From an uncultured Bacilli bacterium (GTDB taxonomy: Bacteria > Bacillota_I > Bacilli_A > RF39 > UBA660): a stretch of DNA of 64,000 nucleotides. This document shows positions 11,598-20,815 of this stretch, piece after piece (positions within the stretch are counted from its first letter, which is position 1; each line of letters begins with the position of its first letter). Both the position numbers and the translations under genes were made by a program. The stretch covers positions 625-64,624 of the forward strand of contig CANRBQ010000002.1 of NCBI GenBank assembly GCA_947628905.1, given 5' to 3'. Below the pieces are notes generated by a model. That model worked only from the letters and a program-made list of their open reading frames with translations. It made no database searches and was not told the origin of the DNA.

Positions 11598-14042
11598 ATG
11601 GATAGATTAGAAAAAAATAATATTGTAAAAGAAGTAAAAGATTCATTTCTTGAATATTCAATGAGTGTTATCGTGGCCCGTGCCCTACCCGATTTAAGAG
11701 ATGGTCTAAAACCTGTTCATCGTCGAATTTTATATTCTATGTATGAATCTGGCTACACCCCAGATAAGCCTCATAAAAAAAGTGCTCGTATCGTGGGAGA
11801 TGTTATGGGTAAATATCACCCTCATGGAGATTCAAGTATTTATGAAGCTATGGTTCGTATGGCTCAAGATTTTAGCTATCGCTATATGTTGGTAGATGGT
11901 CATGGAAACTTTGGTAATATTGAAGGTTATGGCGCTGCAGCCATGCGTTATACTGAATCAAGATTATCTAAAATATCCTTGGAATTATTGAGAGATATTA
12001 GAAAAGATACCGTGAATTTTACTCCAAACTTTGATGAATCAGAACAAGAACCTGAAATATTGCCATCAAGATTTCCTAATATCTTAGTAAATGGAACTAC
12101 TGGAATCGCTGTTGGTATGGCAACTAATATTCCCCCTCATAATCTTGGCGAAGTAATTGATGGTTGTATAGCCTATATTGATAATCCCGAAATAGATACT
12201 ACTGGTTTAATGCAATATATTAAAGGTCCAGACTTTCCAACCGGTGCTATTATCTTAGGTAACTCGGGTATCAAAAAAGCTTATGAAACAGGCCGTGGCA
12301 GTATCACAATTCGTTCTCGTGCCGAAATAGAAGAAAAAAATGGTCGAGAATATATAGTTATTACCGAAGTTCCTTATGGAGTTAATACTTTAGAATTAAA
12401 AAATAAAGTTGCCGAATTAGTTCATAATAAAGTATTAGATGGTATTACAGACTATCATGTAGATTTAAAAGAAGGCGTTAAAATAACTATTACATTAAGA
12501 AAAGATGCTAATGCTCAAGTTATTTTAAATAAACTTTATAAACATACTGCTTTTCAAACAACCTATGGTATTATCTTCTTGATGCTCGATAATGGAGTTC
12601 CTAAAACTTTAGGCCTAAAAGATATTATTTCTAAATACATTGATTATCAAAAAGAAGTAATAATTCGTCGTACTAGATTTGATTTAGATAAAGCTGAAAA
12701 ACGTGTTCATATCTTAGAGGGCTTAAAAATAGCTCTAGATCACATTGATGAAGTAATTAAACTAATTCGTGGATCAAAGTCTGATGAAGAAGCAAAACAA
12801 GGCTTAATGGAGAGATTTGGCCTATCAGACGTTCAAGCAGAAGCTATTCTTGAAATGCGTTTAAGAAGATTAACAGGCTTAGAAAGAGATAAAATTGAAG
12901 AAGAACTAAATGAATTATTAAAATTAATTGATGAATTAAGAAGTATTCTTGCATCAGAAGAAAAAGTCTTAAATATTATAAAAGAAGAATTATTAGAAAT
13001 AAAAGATAAATATAATGATAAACGTCGTACTGATATAGATATGACTGCAATAGAATATATCGAAGATGAATCACTTATCCCAGAAGAAGATATCCTTATT
13101 GCATTAACTAATAAAGGTTATATAAAACGTACCACTAGTGATACTTTTAAAGCTCAAAAACGTGGTGGAATGGGTATAAAAGGTATGACAACTAACGAAG
13201 AAGACTTTGTTGAACATATGATTAATTTAAGTAGCCACGATTACTTGTTGTTCTTTACTAATAAAGGTAAAGTTTATCGTCTAAAAGGTTATGAAATTCC
13301 AGAGTTTAATCGTCAGTCTAAAGGCTTACCAATTATTAATTTACTTCAAATAGATAAAGATGAAAGTATTAATACAATGTTAAGTGTAACCCCACAAGAA
13401 GATACGAAATTCCTGCTATTTGTTACCAAAAAAGGTTTAGTTAAGAAAACAGCAATAAGTGAATTTGAGAACATACGTACGTCAGGAAAGATATGTATAA
13501 ATCTTAAAGCATCAGACGAATTACTTGCTGTTAAAAAGACTAATGGTGATAATTTTGTCCTATTAGGTAGTGAAACTGGACGTATGGTTAAATTCCATGA
13601 AAAACATATCCGAGCAATGGGTAGAACCGCCAGTGGAGTTAAAGGTATAAATCTTGATGGTAGTAAATGTGTCTGTGCTGAAGTAGTAACAGAAGAAGAT
13701 AAAATATTGTTGGTAACTGAAAAAGGATATGGAAAAAAGACGTTAGTAAAAGAGTTTAGAGAAACAAGTCGTGGCAGCAAAGGTGTAAAAGCTCTAAATA
13801 TTACCGAAAAAAATGGTAATATATCAGCTGTCAAAGTTGTTGATGAAAGCAAAGAATTAATTATTATGACTAATACAGGAACAACCATGAGAATGTCATT
13901 AGAGCAAATAAATACTTTAAGTCGCGTAACTCAAGGTGTAAGATTAATTAATCTTAAAGATGATCAATACGTAACAACAATTAGTTTAGTAGATAAACAA
14001 CCACCAGAAGAAGAACAAATTGAAGAAAGTAATGCTGAATAA
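11598..14042 (+). CDS. gyrA: DNA gyrase subunit A
   Basis: Active-site [25 protein letters not shown]-terminal beta-pinwheel repeats. Confidence 0.98.
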   Translation: MDRLEKNNIVKEVKDSFLEYSMSVIVARALPDLRDGLKPVHRRILYSMYESGYTPDKPHKKSARIVGDVMGKYHPHGDSSIYEAMVRMAQDFSYRYMLVDGHGNFGNIEGYGAAAMRYTESRLSKISLELLRDIRKDTVNFTPNFDESEQEPEILPSRFPNILVNGTTGIAVGMATNIPPHNLGEVIDGCIAYIDNPEIDTTGLMQYIKGPDFPTGAIILGNSGIKKAYETGRGSITIRSRAEIEEKNGREYIVITEVPYGVNTLELKNKVAELVHNKVLDGITDYHVDLKEGVKITITLRKDANAQVILNKLYKHTAFQTTYGIIFLMLDNGVPKTLGLKDIISKYIDYQKEVIIRRTRFDLDKAEKRVHILEGLKIALDHIDEVIKLIRGSKSDEEAKQGLMERFGLSDVQAEAILEMRLRRLTGLERDKIEEELNELLKLIDELRSILASEEKVLNIIKEELLEIKDKYNDKRRTDIDMTAIEYIEDESLIPEEDILIALTNKGYIKRTTSDTFKAQKRGGMGIKGMTTNEEDFVEHMINLSSHDYLLFFTNKGKVYRLKGYEIPEFNRQSKGLPIINLLQIDKDESINTMLSVTPQEDTKFLLFVTKKGLVKKTAISEFENIRTSGKICINLKASDELLAVKKTNGDNFVLLGSETGRMVKFHEKHIRAMGRTASGVKGINLDGSKCVCAEVVTEEDKILLVTEKGYGKKTLVKEFRETSRGSKGVKALNITEKNGNISAVKVVDESKELIIMTNTGTTMRMSLEQINTLSRVTQGVRLINLKDDQYVTTISLVDKQPPEEEQIEESNAE

Positions 14043-14075
14043 GCATTCTTTTTTTTATGCTTAAATTTTTTTTAT
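14041..14075 (+). terminator. probable gyrA terminator
   Basis: AAGCAT/ATGCTT stem around a T-rich loop, followed by AAATTTTTTTT. Confidence 0.5.
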
Positions 14076-14090
14076 AAGGTTAAAAAATAA

Positions 14091-14099
14091 TGTGGATAA
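14091..14099. promoter_or_regulatory. perfect DnaA box TGTGGATAA
   Basis: Exact reverse complement of TTATCCACA. Confidence 0.7.
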
Positions 14100-14127
14100 C
14101 TATTAAATATATAAGAAAATCACAAAA

Positions 14128-14143
14128 GGTTTCACGTGAAATA
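14128..14143. other. degenerate parS-like site GGTTTCACGTGAAATA
   Basis: 14/16 match to TGTTTCACGTGAAACA. Confidence 0.45.
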
Positions 14144-14170
14144 TATCCAACCTTCAAAAAATCATCATAA

Positions 14171-14186
14171 TGTTCCACGTGGAACA
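14171..14186. other. parS site TGTTCCACGTGGAACA
   Basis: Perfect palindrome, extendable to AATGTTCCACGTGGAACATT. Matches the ParB/Spo0J consensus TGTTNCACGTGAAACA apart from the symmetric G. Confidence 0.7.
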
Positions 14187-14230
14187 TTCCAATTTAAAAT
14201 ATAAAGTTCTAAAATCCATAACATTTAAAA

Positions 14231-14239
14231 TTATCCACA
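14231..14239. promoter_or_regulatory. perfect DnaA box TTATCCACA
   Basis: Exact consensus, 1 nt from the next parS. Confidence 0.7.
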
Positions 14240-14240
14240 A

Positions 14241-14256
14241 TGTTTCACGTGAAACA
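14241..14256. other. parS site TGTTTCACGTGAAACA
   Basis: Exact match to the Firmicute parS consensus; perfect palindrome. Confidence 0.8.
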
Positions 14257-14396
14257 TTGCTACAAAAAAATAAATAATTAATATTTTATTAAAACAAAAA
14301 ATATATTTTTGATTATTATTAAAAATTAAAAAGCAATAATATTAAAATAATTTATTAAACAATATAATAAAATCAAAAAATAAAACTTACTAACAA

Positions 14397-14412
14397 TGTT
14401 TCACGTGAAACA
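14397..14412. other. parS site TGTTTCACGTGAAACA
   Basis: Identical copy. Confidence 0.8.
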
Positions 14413-14498
14413 TTGTAACAAAAAACATCTAAATTAAGAAAATAAAAACATTTTTATATAGAATCTTTACATAAAATAGTAAAAATTGCAAAAAAATA

Positions 14499-14514
14499 TG
14501 TTTCACGTGAAACA
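14499..14514. other. parS site TGTTTCACGTGAAACA
   Basis: Identical copy, ending 6 nt upstream of the -35 of the ffs promoter. Confidence 0.8.
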
Positions 14515-14520
14515 TTACCC

Positions 14521-14549
14521 TTGCAAAATAACAATTTTTGTGGTACATT
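14521..14549 (+). promoter_or_regulatory. sigma-A-type promoter for SRP RNA
   Basis: TTGCAA, 17-nt spacer, TACATT with an upstream TGg (extended -10). The predicted start is about 14556. Confidence 0.6.
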
Positions 14550-14555
14550 AATAAC

Positions 14556-14632
14556 GTGCAACAAATATATTGTAACCTGGTCAGAACTGGAAAGTGGCAG
14601 CCATATCAATCTCTATTTGTGTGCACACTTTT
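14556..14632 (+). ncRNA. ffs: small (4.5S-type) signal recognition particle RNA
   Basis: CCUGGUCAGAACUGGAAAGUGGCAGCCA matches the universal helix-8 motif (GGUCAG...GGAA tetraloop...GCAGCCA). It is closed by GUGCAACAAAUA pairing with UAUUUGUGUGCAC, then a T-run. It overlaps the 5' end of tracked ORF 14594. Confidence 0.8.
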
Positions 14633-14647
14633 TTTATGGAGGAATTT

Positions 14648-15073
14648 ATGCAAGAAAAATATTTTGAGATTCTGCTAAAACTTAGTAAAAAAGCATTCAA
14701 AAAACAAGAAGTGCCAGTAAGTGCTCTTATAGTGAAGGATAATAAGATCCTTGCCACTAGCTATAACACTAGAAAATCCAAAAAGAATGTGTGCAATCAT
14801 GCGGAAATGTTAGTAATTAAAAAAGCAAGTAGAAAATTACACGATTGGCGACTTAATAATTGTGATCTATATGTAACTCTTAAGCCCTGCTCTATGTGTG
14901 AATCTGCTATTAAACAAGCCCGTATTTCCCACGTTTACTATTTACTAGATAAATTAGATTTTAAAAAAGAATATAATAAAACTGAATTTTCAAAAGCAAA
15001 CATACGTACGCTAGAAGAAAAATATTCTCAAGAATTAAAGGATTTTTTTGCGATTATTCGGGACAAATCCTAA
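14648..15073 (+). CDS. tadA: tRNA-specific adenosine deaminase
   Basis: HAEM...PCSMCESA zinc-deaminase motifs. Start moved to ATG 14648 (MQEKYF), preceded by GGAGG. The tracked N-terminal 18 aa lie over the SRP RNA and its terminator. Confidence 0.9.
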   Translation: MQEKYFEILLKLSKKAFKKQEVPVSALIVKDNKILATSYNTRKSKKNVCNHAEMLVIKKASRKLHDWRLNNCDLYVTLKPCSMCESAIKQARISHVYYLLDKLDFKKEYNKTEFSKANIRTLEEKYSQELKDFFAIIRDKS

Positions 15074-15126
15074 GATATATGATATAATTAATCTATAAAA
15101 AACTTAAGCTGAAAGGAATGACTAAA

Positions 15127-16746
15127 ATGGATTATAAAGTACTATACCGTAAATATCGCCCTACTGACTTTTCTAGCATAATTGGTCAAGATTATATGAT
15201 ATCCATTTTAAGAAATTCCATTAAAAATAATAAAATATCTCATGCTTATATTTTCTCTGGTCCCCGAGGTACAGGAAAAACCAGCACCGCTAAAGTATTT
15301 GCTAAGGCCATAAATTGTTTAAATCCTACTGAAAATGGGCCCTGTCTTAACTGTGAAAGTTGTAAAAGCTTTCAAGAAAATGCCGATATTATTGAAATAG
15401 ATGCTGCTTCTAATAATGGGGTTGATGAAATTCGTGAAATTATTAATAACATTAAATTAGCCCCTGCTTATTCTAAATATAAGGTATATATAATTGATGA
15501 AGTCCATATGCTAAGCACCAGTGCTTTTAATGCCCTATTATTAACATTAGAAGAACCCCCTAAACATGTTGTTTTTATTCTTGCTACTACTAATATCGAG
15601 GCTGTTCCTATAACTATACTTTCTCGCTGCCAAAGATTTGATTTTCATAAGATTTCTTTAAAAGATATTATTAAACGCTTAGAATATGTCGTTCAATCAG
15701 AAAATATAAATATAACTAAAGATGCTTTAGAAGAAATCGCGTATATTAGTGATGGAGGTATGCGTGATGCTCTAAGTATTCTTGATCAATTATCTAGTAA
15801 TAATAAAGAAGTTACCATAAACGAAGTCATCGCCCACTTTGGCTCTGTTTCCAATAAACAAATAAATGATTTATATAATAATATTTTAAATAATAAGGTT
15901 AATGATTTTGTTTCCATGATGGATAATTTTAAAAACCTTGCTATTGATTATAAGCTTTTAATTAAAAAAATACTTGAAAAAATTGAAACCGAAGCTATTA
16001 AAAGTAAAAAAGATTCTAATTATCAAGGCCTGGCGTATGAAACTCTAAAAGATATGGCTTTCGCTCTAGCAAGCATATCCAATTATGTAAATATTAATAT
16101 TAATCCCTATCTTTTAATTCAAATAACTCTCTTAAATTATTTCCCGGGAAATAATCCTACCCCCAAAGAAACAACTTCTAAATTAGAAACACCCCAACCA
16201 GTTGCTAATAAAATAGAGCTACCTCAAGAAAATATCCCTAGCCCCCAACCTAAAGTTACCTCACCTCCAATTGATAAAAAGCTCGCTGAATTAATAGAAA
16301 TACGTATTAATAATTGCTTCTGTGGTGCTACTAAAGAAAATCTTCAGCAAGTGCGTAGCTATTGGCCCGACTTTATCGCCAGTTTTTCCGATAAAAAAGT
16401 TTTAAATCTTATTATTGATAGTAATATAGCCGCGGCTAGTGATAAAATAATTATAATTACTAATCCTATAGATGGCACAGTTAATTTAATTAATAAAGAA
16501 TTAGCTAAAATTGGCTTAGAATTTAATGAAAAGTTTAATACATCATATAAATTTATTGCTCTAACTGATCGAACATGGCAACAAGAAAGACAAAAATATA
16601 TTAACAATCTAAAAAATAAAATCGCGTATACTTATATTGAAGAAACACCAGAAGAAAAAAGTAAAGAAGAACAAGCTTCATCTATAGATAATATAGAAAA
16701 AGTAGCTTTAGATATATTTGATAAAGATAAAATAGAAATAGAATAA
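15127..16746 (+). CDS. dnaX: DNA polymerase III subunits gamma/tau
   Basis: MDYKVLYRKYRP N-terminus, Walker A GPRGTGKTS, zinc module CLNCESC, SRC motif. ATG 15127 has better RBS spacing than 15118. Confidence 0.95.
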   Translation: MDYKVLYRKYRPTDFSSIIGQDYMISILRNSIKNNKISHAYIFSGPRGTGKTSTAKVFAKAINCLNPTENGPCLNCESCKSFQENADIIEIDAASNNGVDEIREIINNIKLAPAYSKYKVYIIDEVHMLSTSAFNALLLTLEEPPKHVVFILATTNIEAVPITILSRCQRFDFHKISLKDIIKRLEYVVQSENINITKDALEEIAYISDGGMRDALSILDQLSSNNKEVTINEVIAHFGSVSNKQINDLYNNILNNKVNDFVSMMDNFKNLAIDYKLLIKKILEKIETEAIKSKKDSNYQGLAYETLKDMAFALASISNYVNININPYLLIQITLLNYFPGNNPTPKETTSKLETPQPVANKIELPQENIPSPQPKVTSPPIDKKLAELIEIRINNCFCGATKENLQQVRSYWPDFIASFSDKKVLNLIIDSNIAAASDKIIIITNPIDGTVNLINKELAKIGLEFNEKFNTSYKFIALTDRTWQQERQKYINNLKNKIAYTYIEETPEEKSKEEQASSIDNIEKVALDIFDKDKIEIE

Positions 16747-16764
16747 AGAAAGAAGGAAAATAAA

Positions 16765-17061
16765 ATGAATATGCAAAATCTTATGGCTCAAGCCCAAAAA
16801 ATGCAAAGAGACTTAACTAAAAAAAAGGAGGAAATAGATAATTCTAATTTTGAAGGAACATCTGAATGGATTAAAGTTGTTATAAATGGTAAAAAAGAAC
16901 TTCAAAGTATTAAAATAACTTATGAAGGAGTAATTGAAGATGATGATAAAGAAGCTTTAGAAGATATGATAAAAATTGCTATGTTAGATGCTACTAAAAA
17001 AGTAGATAAAGCTTTTGAAGAAAAAATGGGAGCCTATGGATCATTAGGTGGTTTATTCTAA
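16765..17061 (+). CDS. ybaB: YbaB/EbfC nucleoid-associated protein
   Basis: 98-aa protein in the conserved dnaX-ybaB-recR order, with a GGLF C-terminus. Confidence 0.92.
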   Translation: MNMQNLMAQAQKMQRDLTKKKEEIDNSNFEGTSEWIKVVINGKKELQSIKITYEGVIEDDDKEALEDMIKIAMLDATKKVDKAFEEKMGAYGSLGGLF

Positions 17062-17663
17062 TGAATTATCCTAAAGATTTAGAAAAATTAATAAGTTATT
17101 ATCAAAAATTACCGGGTATAGGTGAAAAAAGTGCCGAACGCTTAGCTCTAGCCACCATTGAATTCAGTGATGATGAAATAAATGAATTTAGTAATACTTT
17201 AATGAATGCTAAAAAAAATTTAACGCGTTGTAGTATATGTGGTAATATTACAGATGAAGAACACTGCTCTATTTGCCGTGATGTAACTAGAGATAAAAAT
17301 ATAATTTGTGTTGTTGAAGAATTCAAAAATATAGCCCCTTTTGAAAAATCTGGCAAATATAATGGTACTTATCATGTTTTAAATGGCTTAATTTCTCCCA
17401 TTGATGATATAGGTCCTGAAGATATTAATTTACCCAGTCTTTTAACCAGAATAAATGATTTAAATGAACCAGAACTTATATTAGCTTTAAAACCAACCGT
17501 AGAAGGTGAAGCAACAACTCTTTATATTAAAAAAATATTAGAAAAGAAAAATGTTACAATTTCTCGCCTTTCCTATGGAATTCCAATGGGCGCTGAAATA
17601 GATTATTTAGATAATGTTACTCTAGAAAAAGCCCTAGAAGATCGTAAAAAAATATCTGAATAA
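17061..17663 (+). CDS. recR: recombination protein RecR
   Basis: HhH LPGIGEKSAERLA, C4 zinc finger CSICGN...CSIC, Toprim domain. Confidence 0.96.
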   Translation: MNYPKDLEKLISYYQKLPGIGEKSAERLALATIEFSDDEINEFSNTLMNAKKNLTRCSICGNITDEEHCSICRDVTRDKNIICVVEEFKNIAPFEKSGKYNGTYHVLNGLISPIDDIGPEDINLPSLLTRINDLNEPELILALKPTVEGEATTLYIKKILEKKNVTISRLSYGIPMGAEIDYLDNVTLEKALEDRKKISE

Positions 17664-17690
17664 TAATCTAAAAACATCATATTATTTAAT

Positions 17691-17885
17691 GTGATATTTA
17701 TGATAAATAAAGTAATAAAGATAGTAAAAAAATTATGTCTAGCATTTATTATGCTTTATGGTTTAAATTTAATTTTAGCATCAATAGATGTTTTTATCCC
17801 TATTAATGTTATAACTCTTATTCTTGTAACACTTTTAGGTACTCCAAGTATTCTTGGTTTAGTCGTAGTTTTTTTCCTAATTTAA
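17691..17885 (+). CDS. BofA-family small membrane protein (pro-sigma-K processing inhibitor-like)
   Basis: VFIPINVITLILVTLLGTPSILGLVVV resembles the B. subtilis BofA C-terminus IHVPINLVTTAISGILGIPGIAALVVI (from memory). Same position after recR as in Bacillus. Start is GTG 17691 or ATG 17700. Confidence 0.6.
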   Translation: MIFMINKVIKIVKKLCLAFIMLYGLNLILASIDVFIPINVITLILVTLLGTPSILGLVVVFFLI

Positions 17886-17897
17886 TAGGTGATAATT

Positions 17898-18755
17898 ATG
17901 TTTGAATGTAGTAACTTAAATGAATTAGTAACCAAATATCATGAGAACAAGCTCGCTCATGCTTATTTAATTGAAACAAATAATCTTGAAAAAGCTTTAA
18001 TAGATTTAAAAAAGTTAATCAAAATAATTAATTGCCCTGAAGATTATAACCCGACCTGTACTAATTGTAATCTTTGTAATCTCATTAATTTAAGCAATCT
18101 TCCCAGTTTAAAAATTATCTCTCCTGATGGTCAAGGAATTAAAAAAAATCAAATAGAAGAACTAAAACAAGATTTTAGTACTATCCCTTTATATAGTAAA
18201 TATAATACTTATATTATAATGAATGCTGAAAAATTAAATTCCAGCAGTGCTAATTCTATGTTAAAATTTGTTGAAGAACCAACTACAGGTATTCTAGGCT
18301 TTTTTTTAACTAATAATAAAGATATTATAATTGATACTATAAAAAGTCGTTGTCAAACTATAACGTTAAACTATTCTCTAAATTCATTAGAATCATCACT
18401 AAATATATCTAATGAAGATTATGAAAAATATAAATCAATTATTCCTAAATATCTTAATTATTTAAAAAAATCTACTCTAGAAAATAAAAAAGAACTGTTA
18501 TTAGCGTTCCCTAATCGAGAAGATATAGAAAAAATTTTAAAAATAATTTTAAGCTTATATTATAATTATTTTCTTAAATTAACTAACGAAGAATATGATG
18601 AAAATATTATTTCTCTTTACCCTTTAAATGAAAATATAACCCAAATTAATCAAAAACTCCAAATTATTACTAAAATTTTAACAAATATGAGTTATAATGT
18701 AAGTATTGAATTAATATTAGATAAATTTAATTTAGAAATGCGAGGTATCTCATGA
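17898..18755 (+). CDS. holB: DNA polymerase III delta-prime subunit
   Basis: AHAYLIE, zinc-module-like CTNCNLC, SRCQ motif. AGGTGA lies 6 nt upstream of ATG 17898. Confidence 0.85.
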   Translation: MFECSNLNELVTKYHENKLAHAYLIETNNLEKALIDLKKLIKIINCPEDYNPTCTNCNLCNLINLSNLPSLKIISPDGQGIKKNQIEELKQDFSTIPLYSKYNTYIIMNAEKLNSSSANSMLKFVEEPTTGILGFFLTNNKDIIIDTIKSRCQTITLNYSLNSLESSLNISNEDYEKYKSIIPKYLNYLKKSTLENKKELLLAFPNREDIEKILKIILSLYYNYFLKLTNEEYDENIISLYPLNENITQINQKLQIITKILTNMSYNVSIELILDKFNLEMRGIS

Positions 18756-19552
18756 ATTATTACGTATATGGTGTTAATTTTAAAGATAATGGTAAAATTT
18801 ATCATTTTAAAAGTCAATTTAAATGCCCTATTAATGTCACAGTTATTACTGAAACAGAAAAAGGAGAACAATTTGGTAAAGTTGTAAGTTATATTGAAAA
18901 CTCCCCTATTAAAAATGTAGATGAATTAAGAGATATAATTAGAATATCAACTAAAAATGATTATGATCAATATCTTCGGAATTTAAAAGATGCTGATCGT
19001 GCTCTTAAAGATTGTCGTGAAATAGTAAAAGAACTTAATTTAGATATGAAAGTTATCAATGCTACCTTTACTTTTGATCGTAAACAATTAATATTTAATT
19101 TTCTTGCTGATGAACGTATAGATTTTAGAGAACTAGCTAAACGTCTCGCAGCTATATATCGTACTCGTATTGAACTACGGCAAATTGGTGCCCGTGATAA
19201 AGCTCGGGAAGTTGGAGGAGTAGGTCCATGTGGCAAAAAGCTTTGCTGTGCTAGCTTTCTAAATCATATTGATTCAGTTTCTATGAATATGGCCAAAAAT
19301 CAAGGTCTAGCTCTTAATCCTTCAAAAATTAATGGTTTATGTGGTCGTCTTCTTTGTTGTCTAACCTATGAAGATGATGAATATATCACTTGTAATAAAG
19401 GACTTCCTGAAATTGGTGATATTGTAAATACTCCAAATGGCTCAGGCCCTGTAGTAAGTAAAGATATTTTAAATCGTAGTTATAAAGTTCTAGTAAATAA
19501 TGAAAAAATAAATATATCATTAGGAGAAAATAATGAGCCTAGTCTTGAATGA
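18752..19552 (+). CDS. ricT: PSP1-domain protein RicT/YaaT
   Basis: Cys-rich CGKKLCCASFL...CGRLLCCLTYE PSP1 C-terminal signature, with holB-yaaT synteny. Confidence 0.9.
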   Translation: MNYYVYGVNFKDNGKIYHFKSQFKCPINVTVITETEKGEQFGKVVSYIENSPIKNVDELRDIIRISTKNDYDQYLRNLKDADRALKDCREIVKELNLDMKVINATFTFDRKQLIFNFLADERIDFRELAKRLAAIYRTRIELRQIGARDKAREVGGVGPCGKKLCCASFLNHIDSVSMNMAKNQGLALNPSKINGLCGRLLCCLTYEDDEYITCNKGLPEIGDIVNTPNGSGPVVSKDILNRSYKVLVNNEKINISLGENNEPSLE

Positions 19553-20243
19553 TTTATATGACTATGGTTTAAAGATCTATCAAGATACAAATAAATTTAA
19601 ATTCTCTCTTGATTCTCTTTTATTAACTGAATTTGTTGAAGTATCTAAAAATGATCATAATCTTTTAGATTTATGCAGTGGTAATGCCCCATTACCTTTA
19701 ATACTTGCATCTAAAACTAATCTCCATATAACAGGCATCGAACTTCAACCAGATATATATAATTTAGCCCTTAAAAGTATCAAATATAACCATCTTGAAT
19801 CCCAAATAAAAATGTTAAATATAAATGCTAAAGATACTAACAATTATTTCCCGGGAAATAATTTTGACATTATAACCTGTAATCCTCCCTTTTTTAAAAC
19901 TACTCCCACCTCATTAGTTAATGATACAAAAGAAAAAGCTCTCGCTCGTCATGAACTTACTATTACTCTTGAAGAATTAATAATTATTACATCTAAATTA
20001 TTAAAAGATAATGGTAAATTTTATTTAGTTCATCGTCCCGAAAGACTTGAAGAAATTTTAGTATTAGCCCATAAAAATAATTTAAGAGTAAAAAAAATTA
20101 ATTTTATTTATACAAATATTGAAAAAAATGCTATAATGGTTTTGTTCAAATTTGTCAAAAATGGTAATATTTCTACTAAAGTATATAACACTATAATTAA
20201 TAATGATATTAAAACATATCAAAATATTTTTAAAAATAAATAG
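19533..20243 (+). CDS. SAM-dependent N6-adenine methyltransferase (YabB / TrmN6-like)
   Basis: DLCSGNAPLPL SAM motif and catalytic CNPPFF. Confidence 0.8.
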   Translation: MSLVLNDLYDYGLKIYQDTNKFKFSLDSLLLTEFVEVSKNDHNLLDLCSGNAPLPLILASKTNLHITGIELQPDIYNLALKSIKYNHLESQIKMLNINAKDTNNYFPGNNFDIITCNPPFFKTTPTSLVNDTKEKALARHELTITLEELIIITSKLLKDNGKFYLVHRPERLEEILVLAHKNNLRVKKINFIYTNIEKNAIMVLFKFVKNGNISTKVYNTIINNDIKTYQNIFKNK

Positions 20244-20259
20244 AAAGGACTATATTCTC

Positions 20260-20814
20260 ATGAAATTAATAGTTGGTTTAGGAAATCCTGGTAAAGAATA
20301 TGAAAATACACGTCATAATATAGGTTTTATGGCCTTAGATAATTATCTTGGCTCTGTAACATGGCAAAATAAATTTAATGCTTTATATACTACTACATCT
20401 ATAAATAATGAAAAAGTTATTTTTGTTAAACCTTTAACTTATATGAATTTATCAGGTAATGCTGTTCGGGAATTTGTAAATTTTTATAAACTTAATATAG
20501 CGGATATTCTTGTTATTCAAGATGATTTAGATCTTCCTCTTGGTAAATATCGTCTTAAAGTAAATAGTTCCAGTGGAGGCCATAATGGTATTAAATCTAT
20601 AATAGATAATTTAGGTAGTAATAATTTTGCTCGTTTAAAAATTGGTGTATCTAAAAATAATAGTATTGCTACCAAAGATTATGTTTTAGGAACATTTAAA
20701 AAAGAAGAACTTTCTTTAATACATGATTTATTCCCTAAAATTAATGCTATAATTAAAGACTTTCCCACCAATGATATTAATACTTTAATGAATAAATATA
20801 ATGGACTGATATAA
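20260..20814 (+). CDS. pth: peptidyl-tRNA hydrolase
   Basis: MKLIVGLGNPGKEYENTRHNIGF. Start moved to ATG 20260, after GAAAGGA. Confidence 0.95.
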   Translation: MKLIVGLGNPGKEYENTRHNIGFMALDNYLGSVTWQNKFNALYTTTSINNEKVIFVKPLTYMNLSGNAVREFVNFYKLNIADILVIQDDLDLPLGKYRLKVNSSSGGHNGIKSIIDNLGSNNFARLKIGVSKNNSIATKDYVLGTFKKEELSLIHDLFPKINAIIKDFPTNDINTLMNKYNGLI

Positions 20815-20815
20815 T

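Noticed and set aside
14594-14647. N-terminal 18 codons of the tracked 159-aa tadA ORF (MAAISISICVHTFFMEEF).
   Set aside because: They lie over the SRP RNA and its T-run. A GGAGG-led ATG at 14648 gives a normal-length TadA.
15955-15980. A-rich run (TTAATTAAAAAAATAC) in dnaX as a programmed -1 frameshift site giving a gamma subunit.
   Set aside because: There is no downstream stem-loop and no immediate out-of-frame stop arrangement like the E. coli A AAA AAG site. A-runs are common in this genome.
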